Shown: positions 25,620 through 38,697 of the stretch, piece by piece
Layout: each line of letters opens with the position of its first letter
How positions within the stretch are numbered: position 1 is the first letter of the stretch
DNA from: Phoronis australis
Lineage: Eukaryota > Animalia > Phoronida
NCBI GenBank assembly: GCA_002633005.1
Contig: NMRA01000091.1
Coordinates: 983,147-1,047,146 of the forward strand
Length of the DNA stretch: 64,000 nucleotides
Direction: 5' to 3'
The notes under the pieces: generated by a model
Told to the model about the DNA's origin: nothing
Database searches by the model: none
What the model saw: only the letters and a program-made list of their open reading frames with translations
Translations under genes and position numbers: made by a program

Positions 25620-26147
25620 AGTTGTTCTGCTGATGGTGTATGTGGGAATAGTGGTGGTGATTCTTATGGCTCGGTGAGATGGCGATGCTTATTATGGTTG
25701 TAATGGTCATGACAGTGGTGACGGAGTTGGCGACAGTGAATATAGTGGTGTTGTTCTTAATGAGGTTGATGACAACTGTTTTGTCACTTCCTTTGCTTAC
25801 ATCGACAACAATCCCACCTAATATCTAATAAATGGTTCTTGGACATAGGAATCTTTCAAAAGCATGATTGTCATCTTGTTCTTTCCAGATAAGTAATTAT
25901 CAAAGGTATTCGTTGTGGAACTGTTATGCGAACTCAATTAACAGCTCTGACAATCCAACTCTCAGAGCCTGCAAGAACGGTGTTCTTGAGAGTTAGCTCT
26001 TCACCATTCGGCAAAGCAAACAAATTGAGGTCTACTCAATTCAAACGGTTTTTGTGATGTGATGTGGACCTATGGCCGAATCAATTATTCACCGTCATTC
26101 TCTAATCTACACTCCGCATGTTTTGAACTAGTCTGGTGTCCTGGTAG

Positions 26148-26304
26148 GTAAAGATTGCCTAGATACTTCACCGGCATGTGGTGCCAATCATATGCTCGGA
26201 CTGTGTGGACTAGAGCCCGAGTCGATGAAAAAGGATTGTAAGAAGACATGTGGATTTTGCACGCCAACCAAATACAAACAAGCTTTACATGATGCAAATA
26301 CAAG
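26148..26304 (+). CDS. ShK gene exon 6: GKDCLDTSPACGANHMLGLCGLEPESMKKDCKKTCGFCTPTKYKQALHDANTR
   Basis: Acceptor gtcctggtag at 26147, donor AG|gtttgt at 26305 (phase 2), 157 nt; canonical CLD...CKKTCGFC. Confidence 0.86.
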
Positions 26305-27166
26305 GTTTGTTAATATTTTCATGGAAAGCATTTCTCGGCACAGTAGGCTGCTTATCCAAGACCTGTAATGATTGCTTTGGCAACCTGCACCTCGCCAATG
26401 CGACTACGAAAAAAAAAAAACAAGTCGCCGCTGCCAGTATCAAAGGAAATACATGTAAGGCATTAATTGAGTCGCAATCAACCTCAAAATTTGTGGTGAT
26501 TTCAAATCATTCATTCAGCCGCAACTTATCATGTCTTCCGCATCTGTGGAGGAATAACACTTAAGTAACCATGAGGTTAAGATGAATTTGCCACTGTATT
26601 AAAAATGGCGGTGTATCCATTATTTACAGTCCGTTGTTACCTGCCTTCGTGTGCTAGTAACTAATGTTAATATATCTCCTTATGTCAAATGGGTGTTGTA
26701 TTGATTATCGACAAAGCTCGAACGCAATGCATCTTAAAGTGGTCTGGGGCACGAACCACGGACTAAATTACAATCCTTAAAGTGATACTGTGCAACAGAA
26801 AAAACATTCAACGACTTTACCTGATATTTTTACTGTTTGCTGGTAATGTAAAACTTTTGAATTTCTGTTGAAGTCAAAGCATTTAGTTATAAATTTCAAG
26901 ACAATCGTTTGTCAGCTGTTCGTCCCTTCATTGACTTTTGTCTCACAAGGCAAAGCTCGTCTCTTAATTTGAAATTGCTAGACAAAGATTTAGCACATTT
27001 CCCGTATATAGAAAATGCCACGCTCTGACATTTGACTTAAAAAAACACGACGGCGACTTCTAGCAGCCGCCTGATTAAGAGTCAATTGCTTTTCAAAATA
27101 AGTTACAAATGTGTAGTGAATGGATAGCGTGTAATGGCGCCTGACTTTGTTTCCTTCCTGATACAG

Positions 27167-27303
27167 ATTCTGCAAAGATGACATCGACGTTTCCCTCTAT
27201 GGTGAGAGAACTTGTCAAAAGTATTTTGATCAGGGGGAGTGTGCTAAAAACGAATGGGTACGCAACAACTGCAAAAGAACGTGCGGGAGATGTCTGGACA
27301 TAG
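27167..27303 (+). CDS. ShK gene exon 7: FCKDDIDVSLYGERTCQKYFDQGECAKNEWVRNNCKRTCGRCLDI
   Basis: Acceptor tttccttcctgatacag at 27166 in phase 2, matching the phase-2 donor of exon 6 (AG|A = Arg); donor G|gtaagt at 27304; 137 nt. Confidence 0.9.
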
Positions 27304-27469
27304 GTAAGTGCATGTATGGTCTCAGCAAAGAGAGAGCATACATGTACATGTACATGTAGTTTTCTTTAAAAATACCTTAGGTGCCTATTACCTCATCAAG
27401 TATCCAAATACCAGGATGTTAGTGGTCCAAATGCTACATCAGTTTCTGCAATAGAGATACTTGTCAAAG

Positions 27470-28730
27470 CGAATGTGAATCATAACGCATACGTTATTTC
27501 GCGTGTCGTTTCATGTTGCATTAACAAAAATGGGCTTTGCAACAGCCAAGTTAATGTGAAAGTAAACGAACATTTCGGGAACTGAATAAATGAGCTCAGG
27601 ACATGTCCAGTTATCGTTGTACACATCCGCTAGATAGAAATATATGTTGAATGTGAAAAGTCGTTTCTACGATCTCCTGCGACAAATGCTCTTCGAAAGC
27701 GAAATATATCTTGGATTTAACATAAATAGATGGATGTAACTTAAGCATGTCAAAATGAGCAACACAGAATCATATCTGTTAAAAATTCATTCTAGTTAAA
27801 CGATATCCAGCTCAACTTAGCATTTTAGAACAAGTGCTTTCTTGTAACAAAATCTAAAGAATATTTATGGACCAAAGAATTGTTTTTTATTTTATACTAC
27901 AGCAAAGTAGAAAAATTGAGAACACTATCTCTAAAAAATCTTTTCGTTATCTTACCAGATCAGAATTACAAAGGGGCCACTGGCTTCTCGTTTAAACAGA
28001 AGCGAATAGAGAGGTTCGGTAAAAAGACATGAATGTGAATTTCGACGAAAACTTAATTGCGCGCGTCGATTCACGTGAACAATGGGCTACGCAACAGCTA
28101 AATGTTTAAGTGAATATGAAAGTAAGCGTGAACTGAATAATGAGCACAGGGTGTCCAGTTATTGTGGGCCTATTACATGTAAGCTAATTTACTGCTAATG
28201 CAACTTCTTTCACGTGAAGAAAGTCATTTCCAGTAACTCCTGCGAGAAAGCTGGTTAACTCTTAAAATGCGATCTCAATTTCAATTACAGTTTAAAATTA
28301 CTGGATGCATGTACATTAACCATATAAAAATAACACAGGGTATAATCTGTTAAAAATCCATTCCAGTTCAATGATATTCAGGGAATCTCAGCAGAATAAA
28401 GCTTTTGAAAAAGTGCTTTCCTACAACTTAAGTTAAGTACATTTATAGATAAAACAATCGTGTTCGTTTCGTAGTGAAGCAAAGGAGAAGGACTGAGAAC
28501 CCTATCAAAAATAAGTCTTTTCGATATCTTACCAAATAAGAATTGAAAAGGCAGTGGCGGATGTAGAGGGGGGCCAGGGGGACATGGCCCCCCTGAAATA
28601 TCCCAGATTCCATTCGGCAGTACGGGGTTGCGAATGCCTAAGGGGCAAAATCCTAATAGTATGCCCTGGTCCTCCCTAACCCAAAATCCTGGATCCGCCC
28701 ATGAAAGGGTCACAGGTTTCGTGTTTAAAT
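27470..28730. repeat. Diverged tandem duplication of about 560 bp in intron 7
   Basis: Colinear matches: gaatgtgaat at 27471/28031, aactgaataa(a)tgagc at about 27580/28131, atctgttaaaaat at about 27774/28345. Confidence 0.7.
28552..28703. mobile_element. 152-bp MITE with 5-bp TSD AAAGG
   Basis: Termini CAGTGGCGGAT / ATCCGCCCATG; AAAGG at 28547-28551 and 28704-28708; absent from the paralogous repeat copy near 27980. Confidence 0.8.
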
Positions 28731-29017
28731 GACGTGAATATCCCTGTTTTCGCGTGAAATACTCCAACACTATCTGGTTTATGTCACAGCCAACAATGGC
28801 AATCGCTACGCGGAATTATACATGCGTAAAAATTCACATCCACGTCGCTTTGCAAAACTTCTCGTATATCAGAGAGCTTTTGCAAAACCACGTGGACGTG
28901 AATTATGACTCATATAAAATACCGCATCATTCACGCCAATTATCAATTACTAATACTTTTTCTAAAACGTGGATGCTATATTTCGGTTCACACGTCAACA
29001 GAATTGTTATCTTATAG

Positions 29018-29200
29018 CACCTCCCGCGCTAGCCAGGAGTCCAGTAATGTACTCGGCTGTTACATGCAGTAATGTTGAAAATATTCACGTGACGAATGAG
29101 GGTGACGATCCGCACTTCGAGTGTCGCTTGTGGGCATCGAGCGGGCATTGCACAGGTGCTGTTGCAGGCCTTTGTAGAAGAACGTGCGAATGTGAAAAAT
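29018..29200 (+). CDS. ShK gene exon 8 (type A1): APPALARSPVMYSAVTCSNVENIHVTNEGDDPHFECRLWASSGHCTGAVAGLCRRTCECEK
   Basis: Acceptor ttatcttatag at 29017, donor T|gtaagt at 29201, 183 nt. Confidence 0.88.
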
Positions 29201-31049
29201 GTAAGTGTCCGCTGGCTGGTGTCCGTGCACATGTTATCATTATTTCGATCAGACAGAACCCACCACAAGATCTTTTCCAACATCGCTTAACTTAGCGAGA
29301 AAATTAATATTCTGATAGTCTCATAACTAACTTTGAGTGTTAGTTAAATACATACAAGTTTCCTAGTAAAGATCTTTGTTGAAAAAGGATACTATTCTAA
29401 TAGTACTATGGCGACTAGTATCGGCGTGTTATCGTTATAAGGCCGTTGTGTATATTATTTTTGTATTATTATTCACAGATAACGCCGTCTTAAGATCAAA
29501 CGCCGTCCTTTTAATGAAGGTCTATCATATTTATTTTGTCGATAGAACCATTCTTTGTTGATTGGCCCGAATCCCTTGATACTGATGTCAATTCAGAATC
29601 TTGTCTTATTTCCTTTGTGAATAGTTTATACTTCAAATTTTATGGAGATGCAACGATACAATTGCCTTGCTCCTCCCAAACGAGGGAAGACCATGTCTAA
29701 AAGGGGCCTGACCCCTTAATATCAAAAGGCTAAATGTCATTAACAACCACGTTTGACGCTCGGCAAGGATAATTTTACAGGAGGTTTTATCTAAATGTAT
29801 TGATCCACTGTAGGCCATATTGAAAGACCTTTGAATCTCGCTTTACTAATGTCTGCCCTTTTTTCGAACCGAGTTCTCTTCATGGTAACTGTTGCAGAAT
29901 CTGAATGCATTGCGCATTATTGAAGAGAAAGCCAGTCATAATTGTGACAGCATTTGAGCAGCCGATGGGCAGTGCAATGTAAATCACTTTGCGTCAAAAA
30001 TTGTTGGCTCGCTAAGGGCGCATTGCGCGGTCCTAAGTAAGCTGTGTACTTAAATAAGATACATTCGATTGTGAGATCCCGCAGGTAATCAACTCCGTGA
30101 TTAGGCCCTCTGATCATGACCGGCCCCTTAAAAGTTATCTGTAAAAATATTAAAGGTGAATCCAAGGATGCATTTAAGGGGACCACCCCAAGGTCTGGTA
30201 ACTGACAGTTATTTTTTTCCCATGTTTCTCTGTGGGTCTTCTCCCAACAGTCCAGTCCCCACGTTTATTCAAGTTGCCACCGTGTTATCCCGTCGCCTGA
30301 ATATTTTCGAGGAAATGGTGGCCACGTGCCTCACGGCTACCGCTTCCTATGAACCTGGCACTTCTTGAAGCATACCATAGAGTCGATCACGCGTGACTGA
30401 AATTGCAAAGTGCACGCTTGTGAGTTGTTTGGATTCAATTTTCCGGTTTCTTACTGTGAACCATAGGTCTTAGTGTACATCATAGGCATTTTGTTTAATG
30501 CAAACGAACGAAAGTTCAGCACTTTATTCACCAAACAGGTTTCAAAGGTTTGCCGTCAAATCGCCCTTAAGGTTGTCAAAATGTATTTTTGGTCATACAT
30601 GCATTTTGTGCGGATATGTAACACAATAAATATTGCAGCACTGTTCATTTGGGCAATTGTGACACACAGATCAAAAAAGTACGGCCCTAAAAGGCACCCA
30701 TCCCTTGGCGATGGTGAACAATTTGGTTTCCCAGAAGAAAATGGTTGTTTTCACATAATCGAATAATTTTTAAAGTCAAATGTAGATTGTCAAAGGCATG
30801 GCACACTTCACACATTTATCAGGTTGTGTGGACTACAATATTTTTTTCCATATAAATCAAAACGTACATGCAGCGCTAAAGATCTTTTGGGCTGTGGAAC
30901 TATTATGATTATTTACATACAAAATGGGTCAACATCCACCTAATGGCTAGACTCTACCCACATTCTGTATGCTGTGGGCCTCAATGCAATTGATGCGATC
31001 TCAAAAAGTGCTTTGTGTTTGCTTAGTAGTTAACCCGTTTCAATGTCAG

Positions 31050-31181
31050 GCTACGACGTCGACGAAAGACATTGTCGTGCCAAAGCTGAGAAGGGAGGTT
31101 GTTCCCCAAAGTCACAGGATGATAAGACCTGGATGAATGTTCACTGCCGAAAGACGTGTGGACTTTGCAGAAGTAATGGAG
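31050..31181 (+). CDS. ShK gene exon 9 (type B1): (C)YDVDERHCRAKAEKGGCSPKSQDDKTWMNVHCRKTCGLCRSNG
   Basis: Acceptor tttcaatgtcag at 31049, donor G|gttcgt at 31182, 132 nt; first Cys is the split codon T|GC. Confidence 0.88.
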
Positions 31182-31750
31182 GTTCGTTAATAAAAACATT
31201 TGTTTCTACTGTCACCTACCAACCTAAATAATTTCCCACTATCATGGCACAAAGTTTGGCAAACCCGTATACTTCGAAATTCTTCTATGCATCCCTAAGG
31301 CGGTATACTCCACCAAATCGATCTAACTGGGGTTTTGTAGATTATCTGGTTGGTTTGACAACCACTTTACGCTTAAAAGGTAGACAATTTTTGTTTAGCA
31401 GGCGCATTTGGTAGAGTTTGACACCATCTTGCAATTTGAGAGGGGTCCGAGTGTAACAAACTGGACAAGCTTCGTCAAAACCGTGCCAACGACTAACATA
31501 TGCTCAACAAATATAATTGTCTGTTTTATTCAAATTTTAAGGCAATGAAATATAATTTTGATGAAATTTCAGTAGCAGCCTGGTTTGACTGTTTTAAGTT
31601 GATGTTAACTATTCATTTGAGAACGTTGGCCCAGGTGGTGAAAAAATACAGTCACAATGGGGCTTCGTTGTCTGTAAACAGGACGGATTGAATCACGTAG
31701 TCTTACATACGATAAGTAGCTGGCTCTTATTTACAATGATCTTCTCACAG

Positions 31751-31948
31751 TTCCCCAGTATGCCCCAGCCAGAGCTCCAGTAAAGATCAATACTTCATCA
31801 CCGGGTACCGATTGCAGCACTGCTACAAATAATCATGTCTCGAAAGGACTAGATCCCGACTCTGAGTGCAAAATTTGGGCCGCAGATGGACATTGTTCGA
31901 CATCTTACGTTAAGGAAGAATGCAAGAAAACCTGTGAATGCTGCAAAT
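31751..31948 (+). CDS. ShK gene exon 10 (type A2): VPQYAPARAPVKINTSSPGTDCSTATNNHVSKGLDPDSECKIWAADGHCSTSYVKEECKKTCECCK
   Basis: Acceptor cttctcacag at 31750, donor T|gtaaga at 31949, 198 nt; paralogous to exon 8. Missed by the ORF track. Confidence 0.9.
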
Positions 31949-34072
31949 GTAAGATATGTTATTGCTTAGTCATGTAAACATGATGGCGGAGACTCAATTG
32001 GGAAAAAGGTCAGGGCCATCAATTGCGAAATGTCGAAACTACTTCCAGATTCTTCAACTGTCGTTGATTCACGTCTACTTCATGTATGTGTGTGTGTACA
32101 TGTATATATTTGTTTACCGCGGTGGACTCATTATAAACTCTACTTAAATACAACACGGTTGTTAACAATAACTACATAACGTTTTTGCTTCACTATATTG
32201 AAATAGCTGTATGACAACTGATATACATGTACTTTTAGCTGAATGGCGTTTGTTTTCTAACTTCTATATCGAGTTGTGCACTTTACATTTATGGTCGCTT
32301 CTGTCTTTAGATAAAATATTTTCATTTATTAGGGTCTTCTTAAGTTGTAACTGCCCGGGGGATGGTAGAAATTCAACATTTTAACATAAGAGAGGTATTA
32401 CTTTGGTGGTCTGTATTTTACATGAAAAAATGATAATTCATTTTTTCTGCTATATGGTTTTGCTTGCCTCAGACAAAATGGCCTCAAGCAACTTCAAGGT
32501 GGGAAGTAAAATTTTAGAAGACCATGAGATTGTTCAATTTTGTTGATATGCTACCAGGTTGTATATACTTCTAAACCCAATTTAAACGTTTCTTGAAATG
32601 TATTTTCTTGGAAGCCATTGCAATGTTGGAATAAATTGAATTTTTTGCACTTTGGAAAGAATAATTGTCTATTAACAGAAATATACAAATATTGGATTTC
32701 TCGCAAGTATAAATAGTAGTTGACAATGTTTCCAAAATATCTACTAGTTAATATTGAACACCTCTTTTCATAAACCTATAAACTTTAAATCGAATTGGGC
32801 TGCAATTTAAAATTAATCGTCATTTTCTTGCTATGAATCTCTCAAACAGTAAGTAAACCACTTGTCTTTCAAGTCAAATTTTCAGCAAATTAACAATTAC
32901 GAACATTATTCTTACACGTTGATGACAAGTTAGAATAATTCCTCAGATGTTTTGTCTTGTGTTGTGTGGACACGATTTCATGAACATTTTAGTCAAAATA
33001 CGGAGGTCAGGGAAGTTGGTTCCGATTTCAGAAACAACTCTTATGTTTTAAAAGGTCAGACGCTTGTTTTATTTCATTGAACATGCTCTTCTTTATATCA
33101 TGTTTAGGCAACATCAAACTGAACGTGGTTTATTCAATGATAAGCAATAAGACTTATCTTTATGGGGTCATAATCATGTTAATTTCTAAACATGTAGACC
33201 AGGGCGCCAATAGTCATAAGCTTGTAGTTTAAAATGGCCCCATGTTTGTCGAGGTGCTAATTAGTGCCAAATCATAATAATCGGACAGCTTCAGGGAAAC
33301 GCTCTTAAGTGCAAGTGCGTTGGCCACCAGAGGTCACGCTTCCATGCTATCGTGAAAATGCAGGCGGCGACTGGGGAGGAGGAACGTAAGTAGCGGCCAG
33401 GCAAATGGATGGCACCCATTCAGGGTGGCAACTAGTAAATGGAAACGGGGAAGACATGGTTGGAGATTGAAGTTGGGTGTATAAAAAACCCACGCTACAC
33501 TCGCATGTAATTGTAGGAAAACGCACTAAAACTCTTTGTCGTTCCAGTTTGCTTTTAGCAATTCTAATCAAAGCATTCCTGTCGTTTACCTTCAAAAATG
33601 TAATTAAATGTTGCCGAAATATTTTGAAAAAGTAAAATATAATGTTTACAATGTAGCCAATTTCTGAAAACATAAGCAACGTTACCAGGTCCATGGAACA
33701 AAGAACATAAAAACGTTCATCGGAAAATGATACGTGCGACAACCTACCAATTCTTGGATGGTTGAATTGCCATATGTTAACGACATGCTAAGCTACGCAA
33801 GCATTTCAAGGCGAAGACAACCTTGTCCATGTCATTTTGAGCTAAAATAGGGTTGCTTGGTTATCCTAGACATATTTTCCACTTAATTACAGCTTTTCGT
33901 AATTGTATTAATTACTCGTCCGCTACTCCAGAAGTGACGTTTTAGGAGGCAAGCATTTCGCGCCAATTTCTTTTCATATAGTCTGACTGTGAGAGCTGCC
34001 GAGTCAGTCATTGTTCTACCTCGGTTGTGTTAAGTTCCGTCGTCGTTTGCTTTCATTTACTATTCAGTCAAC

Positions 34073-34880
34073 ATGTCACACTGTTGATGCGTACCAGGAT
34101 GTACTATTTATCGGCTCACGCGCGCTTTGGGAGTACCTTTGCATCGCTTTCCGATGGATGACACACTTCGCCGTACTTGGCTCGTTCGTGTGAAGAACGC
34201 AGCGTTACCCGTCCACGCAACGTACAAAACAGTGGAAAATTAACCGTGTGTGTGGCAAGCACTTTCTGCCGTCCGATTACGAAAGGGATTTGTACGCTGT
34301 ACTGATGAAGGTCCCTGCGAAACAACGTCTGAAGAAGGATGCCATTCCGTCTGTGTTGATTCCCGGCAGTGCCCCGTCGCCACCCCCAAAAAGTGCGTTT
34401 TTGAAGCGAGAAGCCTCGCGAGCTGTGGCCAGTACAGTGACTGGAGCCAGTGGAGGCACTCCATCTACTGTCACCCGTGCCTCCGAACGTACCCCCAGAG
34501 CGTGCAATTCCTGGAACCAGTAGTGATTCGCCCTGTTCTGTTTTCTCCAGCCCAGAGCCTCTAGGCAGCCCTGCAGCGATGTTGAATAGTGGGAGTGATT
34601 ACAGGCTCAGTTCGACACCCACTGAAGAGGACAGTTCGTCGTCCAGTGAACAGATCGGTGAGCCAAACTTTGATAAGTTTATTGTGGACTTGTCTAAAGT
34701 GTTGGAGCTATTTAGAAGGTGCCAGGTGTGTGCCGAGGGAGTCAAACGACACGATGTAAGCAGTTTGGGTGCTCAGGTTACCATCCAGTGGGAGTGTGTC
34801 GCAGGACACTCTGGCAAGTGGGACAGTTGTTCCTCTGTCTGTGGTATGCCGGAGGTCCACTTAACCATGTCCAGTAGTGG
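34073..34880 (+). pseudogene. THAP domain plus N-terminal part of a Kolobok-type transposase, disrupted
   Basis: MSHC*CVPGCT...LHRFPMDDTLRRTWLVRVKN...VCGKHFLPSDY...RLKKDAIPSV (C2CH THAP signature), then KFIVDLSKVLELFRRCQVC...GAQVTIQWECVAGHSGKW; stop codons and frameshifts present. Confidence 0.85.
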
Positions 34881-34884
34881 CTTG

Positions 34885-35169
34885 GCCTCGTTGAACTCTG
34901 AATAGCACAAGCATTCCATTGAGGTAGGCATAACAACGCACACAGCGCATTTGCACCGAGATGTTTCACCACGTCTGTCCTCAGTAGCCGCCTCGTTTCT
35001 TTTTAACAGCTGCCTGTGCCTGTGCGTACTCTGCCTCGTTATACTCGGGCTCAAACATGTAACCACCCACTGAAAGTCCGTGAAAAAATTCCTCGTCACC
35101 ACTGCTGTGAACAACGTCTCCGTTACTCACACTACTGTCACTATGATACCGGTCACCGACTCCAGCCAT
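34885..35169 (-). pseudogene. Truncated ORF resembling the P2X7 C-terminal (ballast)/Nanor-like Cys-rich domain, convergent with the THAP ORF
   Basis: MAGVGD...GYMFEPEYNEAE followed, after a frameshift, by RRGETSRCKCAVCVVMPTSMECLCYSE, matching the family pattern R-x-G-x-T-x-W-C-x-C-x-x-C-x-x-M-P-T-x-x-E-C-x-C-C-x-E. Confidence 0.72.
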
Positions 35170-37704
35170 TTTCAGCTTACAACACACTAAACAATCCCTA
35201 AATCCAACGTACATGTAGTTGAGTTCTCTACTANCGCCACTTTTTTGACACTTTAAGACTTCTTTCATAACTGTGACATCTAATCGAACTAAAAAACTCA
35301 CATGATCTGCAAGTGCACATCAAATTGACTGGAATTTCATTCTGAACTGGAACATAGAGGAAACATGTCCTTGCATATTAGGAGCGAAATAGAGGTGATA
35401 CACTTATTTTATAACTAGTCAAATTGTAAAACTCTAGCCTGAAATGTCATGTCCAGCACGTCACCAATCGGTTATATTGTTAATTTTGCGACCCCGAGAC
35501 TCGACGCGAGAGTTTGCACTTTTAAAGTTTAGATCGAGTGGGTTTGTTATCAAATCAAGCTTTATTTGATTTCTTCTTTTTATTTTGTCATTATTGGTTA
35601 TAAAAGGAGAATGTTACGGCACCATACAATTAGTCATTTACGTGGAATACTCTGGTCATTCTTTATATGGTTGGCACTTGGATCAGTCCCTCACGGTCTC
35701 CTTTAATTCAATATTGCATTTTAGTTGTGCAGTTCATACGCCATGAAATAAACCCACCGCCTTTACTTTACGGATCGACGTGTGGCCCTATCTGAATGCC
35801 AGTAATAGGTTCGCCACATCTTACCACCGGCAGGCGTAGAATCACTTTCAACATCTCTAAAAATAACCTGCCAGGAGCTCTTCATCAAGGCATTTTGTGA
35901 TCATGTTACAGTATTTTACTGAAAGAACTGTTTCTGATTGTCGTGCAATTTTAGGTTGTAATTGAAGAGCTCATGACATAAAACAGGCGTGTCCACGTAA
36001 CTTCCCAAAATTACACTTAAGCGCCTGTATAATGGTAATATTTAAAAGTAACTTGATTTCCGTGTTCCATTGTTTCTATCCTAGATCACACCTCCACTGT
36101 TTACATGTTGCCCACATTCTGTTGTTTGACTCCAGGGCACCAGGCCTGATGCTTTCTGAAATATTTACCTACTGTGTATACACGTGAAATAATATTCAAA
36201 AAAATGTAAAGGAATCCAGTCCAGTTTTTTGTGTTGCTGATGGCGTAAAGTGTATTTGTCAATTGCCGGACGTGCTCTTAAGGATTGTCCGACGAGTTTT
36301 TGATATTTCCCCCTGTCCCGCTTTTTGACAAACAGCAACTTTGACATACATATTCTGTTGTAAGTAACATTTAGTCTTATGTTCAGGTTCCACTGAAAAA
36401 GGAAAAAAAAAAAACAATATGGCATGTCATGTGTTTTGCGTCACCAGAAATTTTCATTTTTACTAAAAAAGTCCTACCGGGCACTGTTGGGTGTTACGAC
36501 TAAAACATTGTCGAGACGTTTTTATGTGTTACAAGTAAACGTTTATCCTGTGTTATTGGTAAAACCGCATTTTATCGTCTTATGTCATATTTTCCTCTCT
36601 CTTTACTTATTTAGCAATCGTATAAAGTACCCACTGTATCCTGTTTACTATAAAATGACTTATTTTTCCTTTCTGAAAAATGAATAAAGTTTTGAGCTTA
36701 AATGTACTAACGAACGTTGCAGCCAATGTTTTTTCAGGATATCTTTAATAAATTAATCTTAGGGAATGCCATGGCCATGAGAGGAAACATAAAAAACACA
36801 CCCACTCTCAAATTCACATATTCCAGCTTTTCTTGAATTTATACTGAATGTATAAGGGTTTCAAAAATTAGAGCAAATCAGGGGGTGAAATGGGGTAAGG
36901 TCAAAACTTCAATGGAAACTTACTCTACAGCCAATGTAATAACCAAGACGTACAACATTCCAAAGCAACACAATAAATGTTTATGTATCACGGCATCAGT
37001 AAATTTCGAATTCATAGTTGGAGTAATTAGTTTTAGTACATATACACATGTAAGTTACACTGCATTCTGGATTTTTTGTAATCGTATGAAACGTCATCAA
37101 ATATCCATTTAATATTACTATAAAAAATGAATGTCTGACTGAATTTTCCACACCAAGTTTGAAGAATCCATATGTTAAAATATATTTCTTTAATTGGTGG
37201 ACATTCTTTTAATCATTGAAATAGTTTGCGACTAGTTAACCTCTGTAGTTCACTTCCTATGTATGTTACTATAAACGCATTCTACCTACTATTTTTTCGC
37301 TTCTGGGCGGCACTCTTAGTTTTTAGAATCAAAAACTTAAACCTCTCGGACATGAGGGATGAGAAATACACATCTCCCCCTGCGTGTATAACCATCGAGA
37401 ACTGAAGAGGGATATTTAACTGTATAACTATTCGGTTGAAAAACGGCGGAGTTGTGAAAAGTTTTAATGACTGTAAAATCCATTGCAAGAAGCACCACTA
37501 GTACAAACGAACGAAAATAATCTTGACGCATAACTGGTGGAACATTTAATTTTTTGAAATCAACGAAGTACTACGCATTCTTCATACCGAAGGATTTACG
37601 AAAAATAATACGGTTGTACCTTATGCCTATTTATGTATTTTAGTAATCGTTTGCATGAATCCTACCTTCTGAATTTTAAGTGATCAATTTCTAATTTTTG
37701 TAAG

Positions 37705-37836
37705 GTTTTGATATCGGCGATAAGATCTGTAAACTTCGGGCTGAAGATGGAATGTGCTCAGTGGTGGAAAGGGGAAACAAAGCGTGGATGGAACACAATT
37801 GCGCTAAGACATGCCAATTCTGTAAAGTTAACGCAG
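37705..37836 (+). CDS. ShK gene exon 11 (type B2): (C)FDIGDKICKLRAEDGMCSVVERGNKAWMEHNCAKTCQFCKVNA
   Basis: Acceptor tttttgtaag at 37704, donor G|gtttgt at 37837, 132 nt; split codon T|GT. Missed by the ORF track. Confidence 0.88.
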
Positions 37837-38593
37837 GTTTGTATAGTTGCATGACATCATATCAGCCGCCATGCTAGAATTGATTCTCACCATGTGAAAG
37901 ACTGGCGTTCCACATTCCGCTGGAATCATGATTTATATTCAAATCTTGCTATACGATTGTGAGATGTCATAATGTAAACAAAGACATACATACATACATT
38001 CCGTAAATCTGCGTATTCGATGTTCCGTCTCCGTCGACAGATAAGTGAAATGAAGTCAATTTTTTTACTTATCCCACAGGCTTCGAACTCTTGGTTTGTT
38101 TTATTGTTTCGACATATTTTTCAAATACTTCTCCCAGACTATTCACTTGGTGGATCATTTATAGTGCATGTATTTGCGTGTTAGCTTACAAGTTTATTCT
38201 TGTAAATGGAAACTGTATTAACTGTAACGTTTTATTATTTGAAACGAGAAAACAAAGACAAAGACAACGATAATTGTGCAATTATTTTTTGAAAATAACA
38301 GAATTTGAGTTATCAGGGAGAAACGACGCCTGAATGATAGTCCAAATAATATTTTAGCAATTAAGACTGAGACAGAAGTGCTTGGCAATTAGTTCAGTAT
38401 CAGACGAAATGTTTCGGGACCTGATTGCTTGTTGAGTGTTGATAATGCAGCTGCAGCTTTATTTTTAAAGCTATTTTGCTAAAATCTGATCATCAAGGCA
38501 GCTAATGATATCGAGCGGACGTTTACCCATCTTTTGAACTTTCCATGTCATTGTATTGGAGCACTGTTCAAAGTAGTGCCGGGAGTACAATAC

Positions 38594-38697
38594 CAATGGC
38601 AGCGCATGATAGGGCCACAACCCACACTTTTTTCAGCACTACACCTCCCATGGGGGGCTGGAATCTTTAGGTCCGCCACTTTTTCAGTGCGCTCATG
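38594..38697. mobile_element. About 104-bp degenerate MITE related to 54000-54116
   Basis: CAATGGCAGCGCA...CCACTTTTTCAGTGCGCTCATG; flanks AATAC / AATAG (4 of 5 match). Confidence 0.5.

Noticed and set aside
25889-25995. Possible extra exon after the acceptor-like ctttccag at 25888
   Set aside because: The phase-1 frame hits TAA at once and no six-Cys pattern is present in any frame.
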